Assembly (NCBI GenBank): GCA_964016885.1
Contig: OZ024743.1
Span: 310,124,001-310,188,000, forward strand
DNA length: 64,000 nucleotides
From: Eledone cirrhosa
Lineage: Eukaryota
Reading direction: 5' to 3'
The notes under the pieces are model-generated. The model was not told the origin of the DNA. It saw nothing but the letters and a program-made list of their open reading frames with translations, and ran no database searches. Positions 15,911 to 28,332 of this stretch are shown here, piece after piece. Position 1 is the stretch's first letter, and each line of letters begins with the position of its first letter. The position numbers were made by a program, and so were the translations under genes.

Positions 15911-16127
15911 TATATAACGACGGAAATGTGGTAAGGAACCAGGTGGACCATAACGCACCAAAGTACTCAATACTTAGAGTAGTAGAGTGGGTAATAGCAA
16001 CGAATAGGACCCCGACGGCTGAGCTCAAGCCGTTTCGACGGCTAATTCTGGACTAATACCTTTTTTTTAATCAAGAGTTAGCCGTAGAAACGGCTTGAGC
16101 TCAGCCGTCGGGGTTCTATTCTTTCCT
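15335..16127. repeat. Short terminal fragments of Hydra-like family H3 (15335-15393 +; 15917-16055 -; 16070-16127 +) separated by (TA)n
   Basis: All contain GAAACGGCTTGAG(C/A)TCAGC(C/T)GTCGG, the 3' half of the family H3 ribozyme. Confidence 0.75.
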
Positions 16128-16146
16128 ATATATATATATATTTATA

Positions 16147-16812
16147 TGAGAGACGTAAAATAAGAAAATTATAAAAATTATCTTACTTACTAAAATTTCA
16201 CTCCAACTAATTATTTTCTGAAAGGGAATAAACATAGTTTCCGAAGAAACGTACGGAGAGCCTTTCGTCATCAGGGAAGTCTATTCTCAGCTAAGTTTCC
16301 AGGCAATACGCGGACACAGGGAACTTATACAAAAATAATTAAGTGGATGGAAAAAAGCAAAGCGTGGACTAAGTTCCAAGCCATTGAAAAAATCACTGCC
16401 TACTGCGTCGGTGGCAAATTCAAAAGAATCAATCACGTGACTTCGAGGTTAATCAGTGAAGCGTGGTTTGTTAAGAAGACAGCAGCCGGACTGTTACTAT
16501 GAACTATAGTAGCAGTTTTGGCCAATTTTGGCTCGACAAAATAATTTGGACATAATTATAAAGAATTAGTATATCTGCTAACATATATATACAGATGCAT
16601 ACCTATGCCAGCAAATATATAGTTTTCGTCTTAGTAACTTTGTGGTTCAATGCATGGGGATTCAGAACATTAATATGAGAGACGTAAAATAAGAAAATTA
16701 TAAAAATTAACTTACTTACTAAAATTTGAACCACAAAGTTACTAAGACAAAACCTATATATTTGCTGGCATAGGTATGCATCTGTATATATATGTTAGCA
16801 GATATACTAATT
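16147..16812 (-). mobile_element. Family A ~530-nt HHR repeat, ~1.1 units plus short inverted piece
   Basis: atgagagacgtaaaataag at 16147 and 16676; HHR at ~16200-16279(-). Confidence 0.8.
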
Positions 16813-16895
16813 ATTTATATATATTTATATATATATATATTTATATTTATATAAATATATATTTATATATATATATTTATATGAATAAATATTTA

Positions 16896-16931
<36 letters not shown>

Positions 16932-16968
16932 TATATATAAATATATATATAAATATATATATATATAA

Positions 16969-17003
<35 letters not shown>

Positions 17004-17005
17004 AT

Positions 17006-17038
<33 letters not shown>

Positions 17039-17240
17039 AATATATATATAATATATATATTTATATATATTTATATATGTATATATATTTATATATATAT
17101 ATATATATGTATATATATCTATATATATATGTATATATATATTTATATATATATATATATAAATATATATGTATATATATATAAATATGTCTATATATAT
17201 ATAAATATATATGTCTATATATATATAAATATATATGTGT

Positions 17241-17271
<31 letters not shown>

Positions 17272-17273
17272 AA

Positions 17274-17359
<86 letters not shown>

Positions 17360-17782
17360 TAAAAATAAACCAAGGAAAAAAATGTCCTCATCAATAGTCT
17401 GCCGATTATCGTTGGTATTTCGACGCATTAAAGACGAGAAACCTCAAATCAGTGCGAGCGATAACTCAATTAAGTTATCGGGACAGTGGTAAAATGGAGG
17501 AGAGGAAACAAACACATCGTAGTAATGCAACGTAAAGAGAGGAAAATAGGGACAAGTCAATGAATCCTGTGGGCTTATGTCCGACAAATCAAATTGACGA
17601 GGAGAAGTAGACACGTCCGAGCCGCGAGAATATTGAGACATGAAAGAAATTCAAGCAGATCAGACGGGAAGAAACAGATAGGGAATGAGTGAAAGTGTGA
17701 GGAAGGGGCCAGCCGAGAGTGAGTGACCAGCAGCGAGAGTTGAGGAAGGCTAGAGGTGAAGGAGAGAGAAAGGTGATAACAG

Positions 17783-17825
<43 letters not shown>

Positions 17826-17828
17826 TAT

Positions 17829-19485
17829 AACGAAGGAAAACTGGTAAGGAACCTGATGGACCATAACGCACCAAAGTACTCAATACTTAGGGTAGTAGAG
17901 TGTGTAATAGGAACGAGTAGGACCCCGACGGCTGAGCTCAAGCCGTTTTGACGGCTAATTCTGGACTAAATGAACATTTTTATCCTGGTAACTGAATAGC
18001 CGAACTTCTCAGGGGTAATTCCATATATGGTAAAAGTGATTGTCACAAGAATTGGTCAAAAGTTTGTTGTTGAGACACATGATTCTATCATGGCATTTTG
18101 TGGAAGGTAGGGGTAGCTGATCTTACCAGTAGAAGAAAGAGTGAGAGGCAGTGGGGGAAACCCAGTCGAGCGTTGAAAGTGACGACTGCAGCAGATTCTA
18201 AGGAAGAGGTCGAAAAAAGTATACTAGAGAGGAGGAGAGGGGAGGAAGTCGAAACAATAATTAAATCTATATGGGGTAAATATATATAAAAATATAACAA
18301 ATATTAAAAACATAAAAATACACAATTTCTGGTTAATATTCCCCTTCCACAATCATCAAATCTCTCCATGGCACTGTTAAACTATAGAAAACTTTAATAG
18401 GTGGGCTGGAATACTAAATACGAGATTGTAGTGAAAGAATTTTATTAGGTAGTAGTAATCGGCCAAATCTATCTTACAATGACAGGTAAACAAGTAGGGG
18501 GACAAAATACTAAAAACAAATAATACGAAGTAATAATTCAGAGTCCCGAAACTAATACGAAATATTAATTCAGAATCCCGAAAATGAATACTAATACGAT
18601 ATATAAGAGTACTGCTACAATACATAAATTCTAATACAAAGTACATAAATGCTCGTACGATATATATGAAAAACTAATTTGAAAAATTTAATACGTAAAA
18701 TTAATTCAGAACCCCCCCCCCCCCCCCCCCCAAAAAAAATACTGATATACGAGAAACTAAAGCAGAGATACCACTAAGAAATCTAGAAATCACGGAAATG
18801 GGGCAGCAATCAGATAAGAAAGCAAGTATCAGGGGTCTAGCACATCTGCTATAAAAAGCGGATTCGGCCAATTCTATCATAGAATAGGGTGGGTGGGGGT
18901 ACTGAGGCTACATAGGACCGAAGGGCTGCTTCGGGATGGGCGAGAAGGTGAAAAGAACGACGACAAAGAAGGAGATCTGGGGTGGAAGGACTAAGAAGGG
19001 ATGGGGGAAGAGTGAAATATAGAGCAAACGATAAAAAATATATAAGAAAATCTTACTCTACCTTTGTAAGCAGAGGTTACCCATTACAAAGTCGGCAAGT
19101 GGGGTGTTTCAGCCCTAGTCTACGCAACCCGGGTCATTATGGGGTTTGAGGGCGAGGTAAGTCCTACACAATCTGTGTTTGCATGCAGTTACCAATTCAT
19201 CTTTCTTGTTTAGGAGTTGGTCCGTCGAAAACAACATTTGTAATGTTTCCTCCGAGCATAAGTTACACGGAGGGTGCCCTCCCGTGTAAGAGTTGGCTCT
19301 GAACAGTAAGCTCCAAGTGAGATTATAGGTTATATTGTTATCTTTGAGGCCCCAGATGTGGCCCAAAAGTGTTGTGGCGTGACGCCGCGCCGGATTTCGG
19401 AAAGTATGTCTGTTTGGTATAGCCGGGTCTTGAAGTCACAAGCGGTTAATCCTGTATAAGCTTTGTTGGAGGTGTCCGTCCTCAC

Positions 19486-19488
<3 letters not shown>
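17829..19488 (-). mobile_element. Hydra-like PLE family H3, 5'-truncated
   Basis: ORF 19115-19366 (HIW.LK..LTW..CNLCSEE..LLNKKDE..CKH); 3'UTR homologous to 44100-45360; HHR-like motif at 17923-18015. Confidence 0.85.
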
Positions 19489-20127
<639 letters not shown>

Positions 20128-22016
20128 ATGAAAGACGTAAATAACAAAGTTATGAAAATTGACTTACTTACTAAAATTTCACTCCAACTAATTAGTTTCT
20201 GTAAGGGGATAAATACAGTTATGTAATATCTGTAGAGAAGCCTTACGTCATCAGGGAGTCGATTCTCGGCTAAGCTACCAGGCAATGCGGGGACACTGGA
20301 AACTTATATAACAATAATTCAGTGGATGGAAAAAAGCGAAAAAAGCGAGTGGGGCTAGATTCCAAGCCACTGAAAATTCACTGCCTTCTTGATCAAGTGG
20401 CAAATTCAAAAGAATCAATCACGTGACACTGAAGTTAACCAACTTGGAGTGGGGGTGCTATTAAGACAGAGCCTAGCCACTACAATCAGTCACAGTAGTA
20501 ATTTGGCAAATTTTGCTCTACAAATAATTTGGAGATGATTATTAAGAATTAATATATCTACCGACATATGTATACAGATGCATACCTATGCCAGCAGATA
20601 TATATGTTTTGTCTTAGTAACTTAGTGGCTCTATGCAGGGGAATGCAGAACAATTATATGAAAGACGTAAATAAGAAAGTTATGAAAATTGACTTACTTA
20701 CTAAAATTTCACTCCAACTAATTAGTTTCTATAAGGGGATAAATACAGTTATGTAATATCTGTAGAGAAGCCTTACGTCATCAGGGAGTCGATTCTCAGC
20801 TAAGCTACCAGGCAATGCGGGGATACTGGAAACTTATATAACAATAATTCAGTGGATGGAAAAAAGCGAAAAAAGCGAGTGGGGCTAGATTCCAAACCAC
20901 TGAAAATTCACTGCCTTCTTGGTCAAGTGGCAAATTCAAAAGAATCAATCACGTGACACTGAGGTTAACCAGCTTGGAGTGGGGTGCTATTAAGACAGAG
21001 CCTAGCCACTACAATCAGTCACAGTAGTAATTTGGCAAATTTTGCTCTACAAATAATTTGGAGATGATTATTAAGAATTAATATATCTACCGACATATGT
21101 ATACAGATGCATACCTATGCCAGCAGATATATATGTTTTGTCTTAGTAACTTTGTGGCTCTATGCAGGGGAAGGCAGAACAATTATATGAAAGACGTAAA
21201 CAAGAAAGTTATGAAGATTGACTTACTTACTAAAATTTCACTCCAACTAATTAGTTTCTGTAAGGGGATAAATACAGTTATGTATTATCTGTAGAGAAGC
21301 CTTACGTCATCAGGGAGTCGATTCTCAGCTAAGCTACCAGGCAATGCGGGGATACTGGAAACTTATATAACAATAATTCAGTGGATGGAAAAAAGCGAAA
21401 AAAGCGAGTGGGGCTAGATTCCAAACCACTGAAAATTCACTGCCTTCTTGGTCAAGTGGCAAATTCAAAAGAATCAATCACGTGACACTGAGGTTACCCA
21501 GCTTGGAGTGGGGTGCTATTAAGACAGAGCCTAGCCACTACTATCAGTCACAGTAGTAATTTGGCAAATTTTGCTCTACAAATAATTTGGAGATGATTAT
21601 AAAGTGTCATGTGATTGATTCTTTTGAATTTGCCACTTGACCAAGAAGGCAGTGAATTTTCAGTGGTTTCGAATCTAGCCCCACTCGCTTTTTTCGCTTT
21701 TTTCAATCCACTGAATTATTGTTATATAAGTTTCCAGTGTCCCCGCATTGCCTGGTAGCTTAGCTGAGAATCGACTCCCTGATGACGTAAGGCTTCTCTA
21801 CAGATATTACATAACTGTATTTATCCCCTTACAGAAACTAATTAGTTGGAAAGAAATTTTAGTAAGTAAGTCAATTTTCATAACTTTCTTATTCACGTCT
21901 TTCATATAATTGTTCTGCATTCCCCTGCATAGAACCACAAAGTTACTAAGACAAAATATATATATCTGCTGGCATAGGTATGCATCTGTATACATATGTC
22001 GGTAGATATATTAATT

Positions 22017-22017
<1 letters not shown>
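20128..22017 (-). mobile_element. Family A retrozyme-like array: ~2.8 tandem 530-bp units plus an inverted arm (21605-22017)
   Basis: Units start at 20128, 20658, 21187; HHRs at 20181-20259, 20711-20789, 21240-21318 (-) and 21774-21852 (+). Confidence 0.9.
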
Positions 22018-22087
<70 letters not shown>

Positions 22088-23170
22088 TATGTAAGTATGT
22101 ATGTATACGTACATACATATATGTATACAGACGTCCAGTAGCATGTATATATATATACATACAGGCACACATACATATATGCACGTATCAGTTTACCGAA
22201 CATTTATTATAATGCTCGATTTGTTCGTTTGTAAACAAACAAACAGCCTGAATTGCGTCGTACAGTGTTTAGGCAACCACGTCACCTTTTTGTTCAACAC
22301 TGACACAGGAACGATGTACTAGTTTCAAGCTTATTAGCTATCGTCAGCACCGTATACCTTTCTGCCAGATGGTTGAACGTCCGAAAGTATATACTTTCCT
22401 TATGAAAATTAACGGCTGAGCAGCCTAATTTGCATATCGAGTGAGTTCAGTCGGCTAGGCGCCCCGAAGACGATAAATGGAATAGAATGAAACGAAATTT
22501 CATTTCTCACTCTTAGTACGGCACTTACTTAAATGTAAGTATGTATGTATACGTACATAAATATATGTATACAGACGTACAGTAGCATGTATATATATAT
22601 ACATACAGGCACATATACATATAGGCATGTATCAGTTTACCGAACATTTATTATAATGCTCGGTTTGTTAACAAACAAACAGCCTGAATTACGCCGTACA
22701 GTGTTTAGGCAACCATGTCACCTTTTTGTTCAACACTGACACAGGAACGATGTACTAGTTTCAAGCTTATTAGCTATCGTCAGCACCGTATACCTTTCTG
22801 CCAGATGGTTGAACGTCCGAAAGTATATACTTTCCTTATGAAAATTAACGGCTGAGCAGCCTAATTTGCATATCGAGTGAGTTCAGTCGGCTAGGCGCAC
22901 CGAAGACGATAAATGGAATAGAATGAAACGAAATTTCATTGCTCACTCTTAGACGGCACTTACTTAAATGTAAGTATGTATGTATACGTACATACATATA
23001 TGTATACAGACGTATACATACATACTTACATTTAAGTGTGCCTGTATGTATATATATACATGCTACTGTACGTCTGTATACATATATGTATGTACGTATA
23101 CATACATACTTACATTTAAGTAAGTGCCGTACTAAGAGTGAGAAATGAAATTTCGTTTCATTCTATTCCA
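22088..23170 (-). mobile_element. Family B retrozyme-like array: ~2.1 tandem 436-bp units plus a short inverted arm
   Basis: HHRs at 22311-22353 and 22747-22789 (-): cggtg-CTGACGA-tagct-aata-agctt-GAAAC-ta-GTA-catcg. Confidence 0.9.
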
Positions 23171-23226
23171 TATATAAATATATATTTATATATACATATA
23201 AATATATATTTATATATATATATATA

Positions 23227-23289
<63 letters not shown>

Positions 23290-23330
23290 ATATATATATA
23301 AATATATATTTATATATATATATAAATATA

Positions 23331-23387
<57 letters not shown>

Positions 23388-23391
<4 letters not shown>

Positions 23392-24368
23392 CCCTGGTTT
23401 CTGTTGAGCTCTGCTGATCAATGAAATTCCAACCGTGACCATCTCCACTGAAAGTTTTCATGAAATAGTCTTTTAAGACTATACAGAGCATTTGATGTTA
23501 TTCCAAATTGAAGGATAAGTGTTTCAAACTTTATTTTATCATGAGTTAAAGGTCTATAGATTTTTCCCTGGATTTTACTAAATTCTGTGGATGAATTTAT
23601 ATCCTGATTCTCTTTTGAGATGAGTTTGAATTATTTTTCCTAAATCTTTCGTTAACTACTTTTCCAATCTTGACGTTATAGTCGCATATATGTTATAGAA
23701 TGCCGTTAGCTTCTTGCTAAAACAATCTCTATACCTCTCATTTATATTTATACTCGGATTCTTTTCCTACAGTGCTTAAACTATCTGTGACTAATCCCGG
23801 TTTTTTTCATAAAACTGTGATAATTATTGCTATTTTGCTGAACTCCTTTGTAGAGTTTTTTTTCAGAATGTATTTGACTGCTATTTCTTGTAAATAAACA
23901 TTCACTTCTATCCTGACGTCACTAGCCCCGTTTTTTCCTCATGTGCTTTTTCATAAATACACATGAAGGCGAACTAGCCAGTTTTAGAATTCCCTTTTTC
24001 GGATTATATTACTGTGAGAGTCCTGGTTTCTGTTGAGCTCTGCTGATGAATGAAATTCCAACCGTGACCATCTCCACTGAAAGTTTTCATGAAATAGTCT
24101 TTTAAGACTATACAGAGCATTTGATGTTATTCCAAATTGAAGGATAAGTGTTTCAAACTTTATTTTATCATGAGTTAAAGGTCTATAGATTTTTCCCTGG
24201 ATTTTACTAAATTCTGTGGATGAATTTATATCCTGATTCTCTTTTGAGATGAGTTTGAGTTATTTTTCCTAAATCTTTCGTTAACTACTTTTCCCATCTT
24301 GACGTTATAGTCGCATATATGTTATAGAATGCCGTTAGCTTCTTGCTAAAACAATCTCTATACCTCTC

Positions 24369-24375
<7 letters not shown>
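23388..24375 (+). mobile_element. Family C retrozyme-like array: ~1.6 tandem 629-bp units
   Basis: HHRs at 23408-23489 (core mutated to CTGATCA) and 24037-24118. Confidence 0.9.
24037..24118 (+). ncRNA. Type I hammerhead ribozyme with all three stems well paired
   Basis: gctctg-CTGATGA-atgaaa..tttcat-GAAA-tagtctt-tt-aagacta-TA-cagagc. Confidence 0.9.
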
Positions 24376-24445
<70 letters not shown>

Positions 24446-24451
<6 letters not shown>

Positions 24452-26503
24452 TAACAGATTAAAGTTTAAGCAAAGAATCGCTGCTTTCACCCTTACCGGG
24501 TTCTTCTGAAACTAACAAAGTCAATCTGTAAAAGCAGAACTGGATATTTCAAAAACGTTGCAACCGGGGGAAGACAGGAAGACGATACTTTGGTTCGTGG
24601 AAACGTTCGCTGGCAAAGAACGGGAAAAAAACGAATTTAATACGTCATTAATAGGAGCGGTGAAAAACAATTACGCGCAAAGACAGAACCACGTTTATGG
24701 TATAAAAGAGGTCGTAGACTAATGTTCTCTTAGGTAGTGCATAGAGCCGTTCTCTGGCAATGAACGGAAAAACGAAGATAATACGTCATATGTGGAACGT
24801 GGAGAACAATAGCACGCAAAGACAAAACCACGTAAATGGTATAGCAGAAGTCGTAGACTAAAATTCTAACTAGGAGACCAAATGAATCACCGCTACAGAG
24901 TTAAGAACAAAGTAAATAAAAACAATACAGAAGTAATAGAAATAAATAAATACATACACGCAAACAAATACGTACATACACGAGCATACGTAAAAACTTA
25001 CCATAGGTATACAAAACCCCGCATATATAAATATGTGTGTGTGTGTATGCGTGTATACAAATAAATAAATAATTATATAAACGTATATAAATAAATAAAT
25101 AGGTATATAACAAGCGCACACACATACCTTCATATAAACACACGAATGTTCGGAGACGTAAGTCAACCAAAACATGAAGTACACATATACACACACCCGC
25201 TATACGTACGAACCATCATACTCAGACAGACGCAAAACTCCCGTATACTAATAGCCAAACCATATGTACCAGAATATATAAAATTATACGCCATACCAAT
25301 CAAATATACGTACGAGAAGGTATACGTACCTTCACAAAACATACGGGTAATATATACATACCTATGCAAATAAGTAAAGGTATAAAGAAAACATATACTG
25401 AACTCCCACATCAAGACGTAAAATATCCACGTATAGATCGTACTATCCGTTAGGGTATAACGTGGGGCTGTAATACAGGAAAGTTTTGTGCAATTTATGT
25501 TTACAAGCCGAAATTGCCTCAGATATTTTGTTTAAGATGTGGTCTGTGGCGTAGAGTATTTTCAGGGCCTCAGCGGCGCAAGGTCACATGGTCTTTTATT
25601 TCCGTTATACGATCTAGCCCTAGCTAGGCTCTCCCAGTGTAACTTATATTGGGTGTCGTTGTCTTTTAGACTCCAGATATAAGCTGAAAGTGACGTCATA
25701 TTCCTTCTAAGAGGGTAACGAAAAGAATGGGTATGCATGTAAAGACGCTGCTTGAAACTATTGGCGGTTAACCCTATGTAGGCCCTACGGGACGTGGGTG
25801 TTACAACCTTACATTTGTAGCCAATATTACTAGAGAAGTATTTCCCGGATAGAGGGCAATCACTCCGATTCCTGCAATTACAGTTAGTACTAACTACAGG
25901 GTTGCACGTGTTCCTACGGCTAGATAGTTTAGCTAAATTTGACGCTGTGATGTTATGTGCAAGGTTAGGAGTCGTAGAGAAAGAAATGTTAATAGTATTT
26001 CTATTAAAAATGTTACTATATTTATGTGTAGGGGGAAAATACTTCGTAATAAGGGAATGAAAGATCTTAGCTAATGGTGTGGCCACCTCCATATTATATG
26101 GTGGGTTATACCAACAAATACGACGGGGTCTATTACTTCTAGGTCTAATTCGTACTCTGTATATGCTACCTTATCGACAAATCCACTTCGAGCAAGAGCT
26201 TCATTGTAATAAGTGGAATGGTCGTTGAAAATACGTTCGTTGGTGGAAAGACGGGAAAGCCTCAACGAAACGTTTCTTACGAGGTTCTTGGTTATGCTGG
26301 CAGGATGGTTGGAATGCTTACTTATGTAATTAAGCGTATCATTCGGCTTTCTTACTGGTAATACAACCCATTCAATAAATTGAGGGTAACGTCGAGATTA
26401 ATAACGACCGAGAGATTGGCCTCAACCTGTATGGAGAGGTTGAAGCCTTTAAGGAAGGCTGTGAGTTCTTTTCTGAACCTGTCGCAAGCACGAGGTCCGC
26501 ACT
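24446..26503 (-). mobile_element. Hydra-like PLE family H4, 5'-truncated, with long 3'UTR
   Basis: ORFs 26071-26265 and 25562-26092 (CNCRNRSDCPL, AYIGLT, LHW, CDL); 3'UTR also at 47413-48210. Confidence 0.85.
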
Positions 26504-26505
26504 TA

Positions 26506-26593
<88 letters not shown>

Positions 26594-26599
26594 AATATA

Positions 26600-26641
<42 letters not shown>

Positions 26642-26728
26642 TATATATATTTATATTTATATATATATATATAAATATATATATATTTATATATATATAT
26701 ATAAATATATATTTATATATATTTATAT

Positions 26729-26819
<91 letters not shown>

Positions 26820-26821
26820 TA

Positions 26822-27048
26822 ATACGTAGTCTAGAAAGCCACAACAATGCAGATGGGAAATCTCGAGGTAGGAAGTGAATGATAGATAGGAGAAATAGGA
26901 AAATGTTAAATTGAGAGAGACATAGATGAAAACAATCTCCTGTCTATCATTCACTTCCTACCTCGAGATTTCCCATCTGCATTGTTGTGGCTTTCTAAAC
27001 TACGTATTTTACACATTTCACAATGCTTCTAGTAAACTTTAACACCCT

Positions 27049-27050
<2 letters not shown>
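26822..27050. repeat. Small inverted-repeat insert (~70-bp arms, ~43-bp spacer) in (TA)n
   Basis: 26822-26893 is the reverse complement of 26936-27006. Confidence 0.8.
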
Positions 27051-27122
<72 letters not shown>

Positions 27123-27207
27123 AATATATATTTATACATATATATATAAAAATATATATATATATATATAAATATATATTTATATATATGTATAAATATA
27201 TATATAT

Positions 27208-28035
27208 AAACGGAAAAAATGAAACGAAATTTCATTTCCCACTCTTAGTACGGCTGTTACTTTAATATAAGTATGTACACGTGCATACATATAGGTATAC
27301 AGACGTACAGTAGTATGTGTATATATATACATACACGCACACATATATATATATGTACGTATGGATTCACCGAACATTTATTATAATGCTCGGTGTGTTT
27401 GTAAACAAACATCCCGTATTAAGCCGTAGTGTCCAGCAACCATCGTTGCTCGTTTGTTCAACACTGAGAAAGGAATGCTGTACTAGTTTCAAGCTTATTA
27501 GCTATCGTCAGCAACGTATATCTTCCTGCCAGACATATATATGTGTGTGTGTATATATATATACATACTACTGTACGTCTGTATACATATATGTATGTAC
27601 GTGTACATACTTATATTTAAGTAACAGCCGTACTAAGAGTGGGAAATGAAATTTCGTTTCATTTTTCCGTTTATCGTTTTCGGTGCACCCGGCCGATTAA
27701 CCCACTCGATATGCAAATTGGGCTATTCAGCCGTTAATATGCATAAGGTAAGTATATACGTTCAACAATCTGGCAGGAAGGTATACGTTGCTGACGATAG
27801 CTAATAAGCTTGAAACTAGTACAGCATTCCTTTGTCAGTGTTGAATAAACGAGCAACGATGGTTGCTGGACACTACGGCTTAATACGGGATGTTTGTTTA
27901 GAAACACACCGAGCATTATAATAAATGTTCGGTGAATCAATACGTACATATATATAATATATGTGTGCGTGTATGTATATATATATACATACTACTGTAC
28001 GTCTATATACATATATGTATGTACGTGTACATACT
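27208..28035. mobile_element. Family B (second subfamily, ~423-nt unit), inverted pair
   Basis: HHRs at 27475-27517(-) and 27784-27826(+): gttg-CTGACGA..GAAAC-ta-GTA-cagc. Confidence 0.85.
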
Positions 28036-28037
28036 TA

Positions 28038-28074
<37 letters not shown>

Positions 28075-28076
<2 letters not shown>

Positions 28077-28200
28077 GGTAGGGTCATATTTGTGTAATAA
28101 TATTGCCAGAATTAATAACAGAACACACTCACTGTTTGCTTGGTTGGTTCTTGCTTCTGTGTCTTATATCGGTTAAATTAATTTATTCGGTCCTCAAAAC
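28075..28200 (-). repeat. 3'-terminal fragment of the 8820-11650 PLE family
   Basis: gtcatatttgtgtaataatattgccagaattaataacagaacacac matches 8890-8937. Confidence 0.8.
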
Positions 28201-28332
28201 TAATCCATCATCGTTATATATAAATATATATATATATATATATTTATATACTCTTTAACTATTTTACTCTTTTACCTGTTCCAGCCATACGACTGAGGCC
28301 GTGCTGGGGCACCGCCCTTGTTCCTACACATT

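Noticed and set aside
17357-17785. Unique block with TTGATGAGGAC on the minus strand
   Set aside because: No GAAA partner; possibly a continuation of the H3 element across a TA tract, but unsupported
20128-24375. CRISPR-like or ordinary satellite interpretation of the tandem arrays
   Set aside because: No short repeat-spacer pattern; units are 430-630 bp, dispersed, low copy per locus and ribozyme-bearing
24474-24515. HHR-like CAGAAGA-accc/gggt-GAAA on the minus strand of H4 (also ~48143-48180)
   Set aside because: Core altered and no convincing stem I, stem III or NUH site; not counted as a ribozyme
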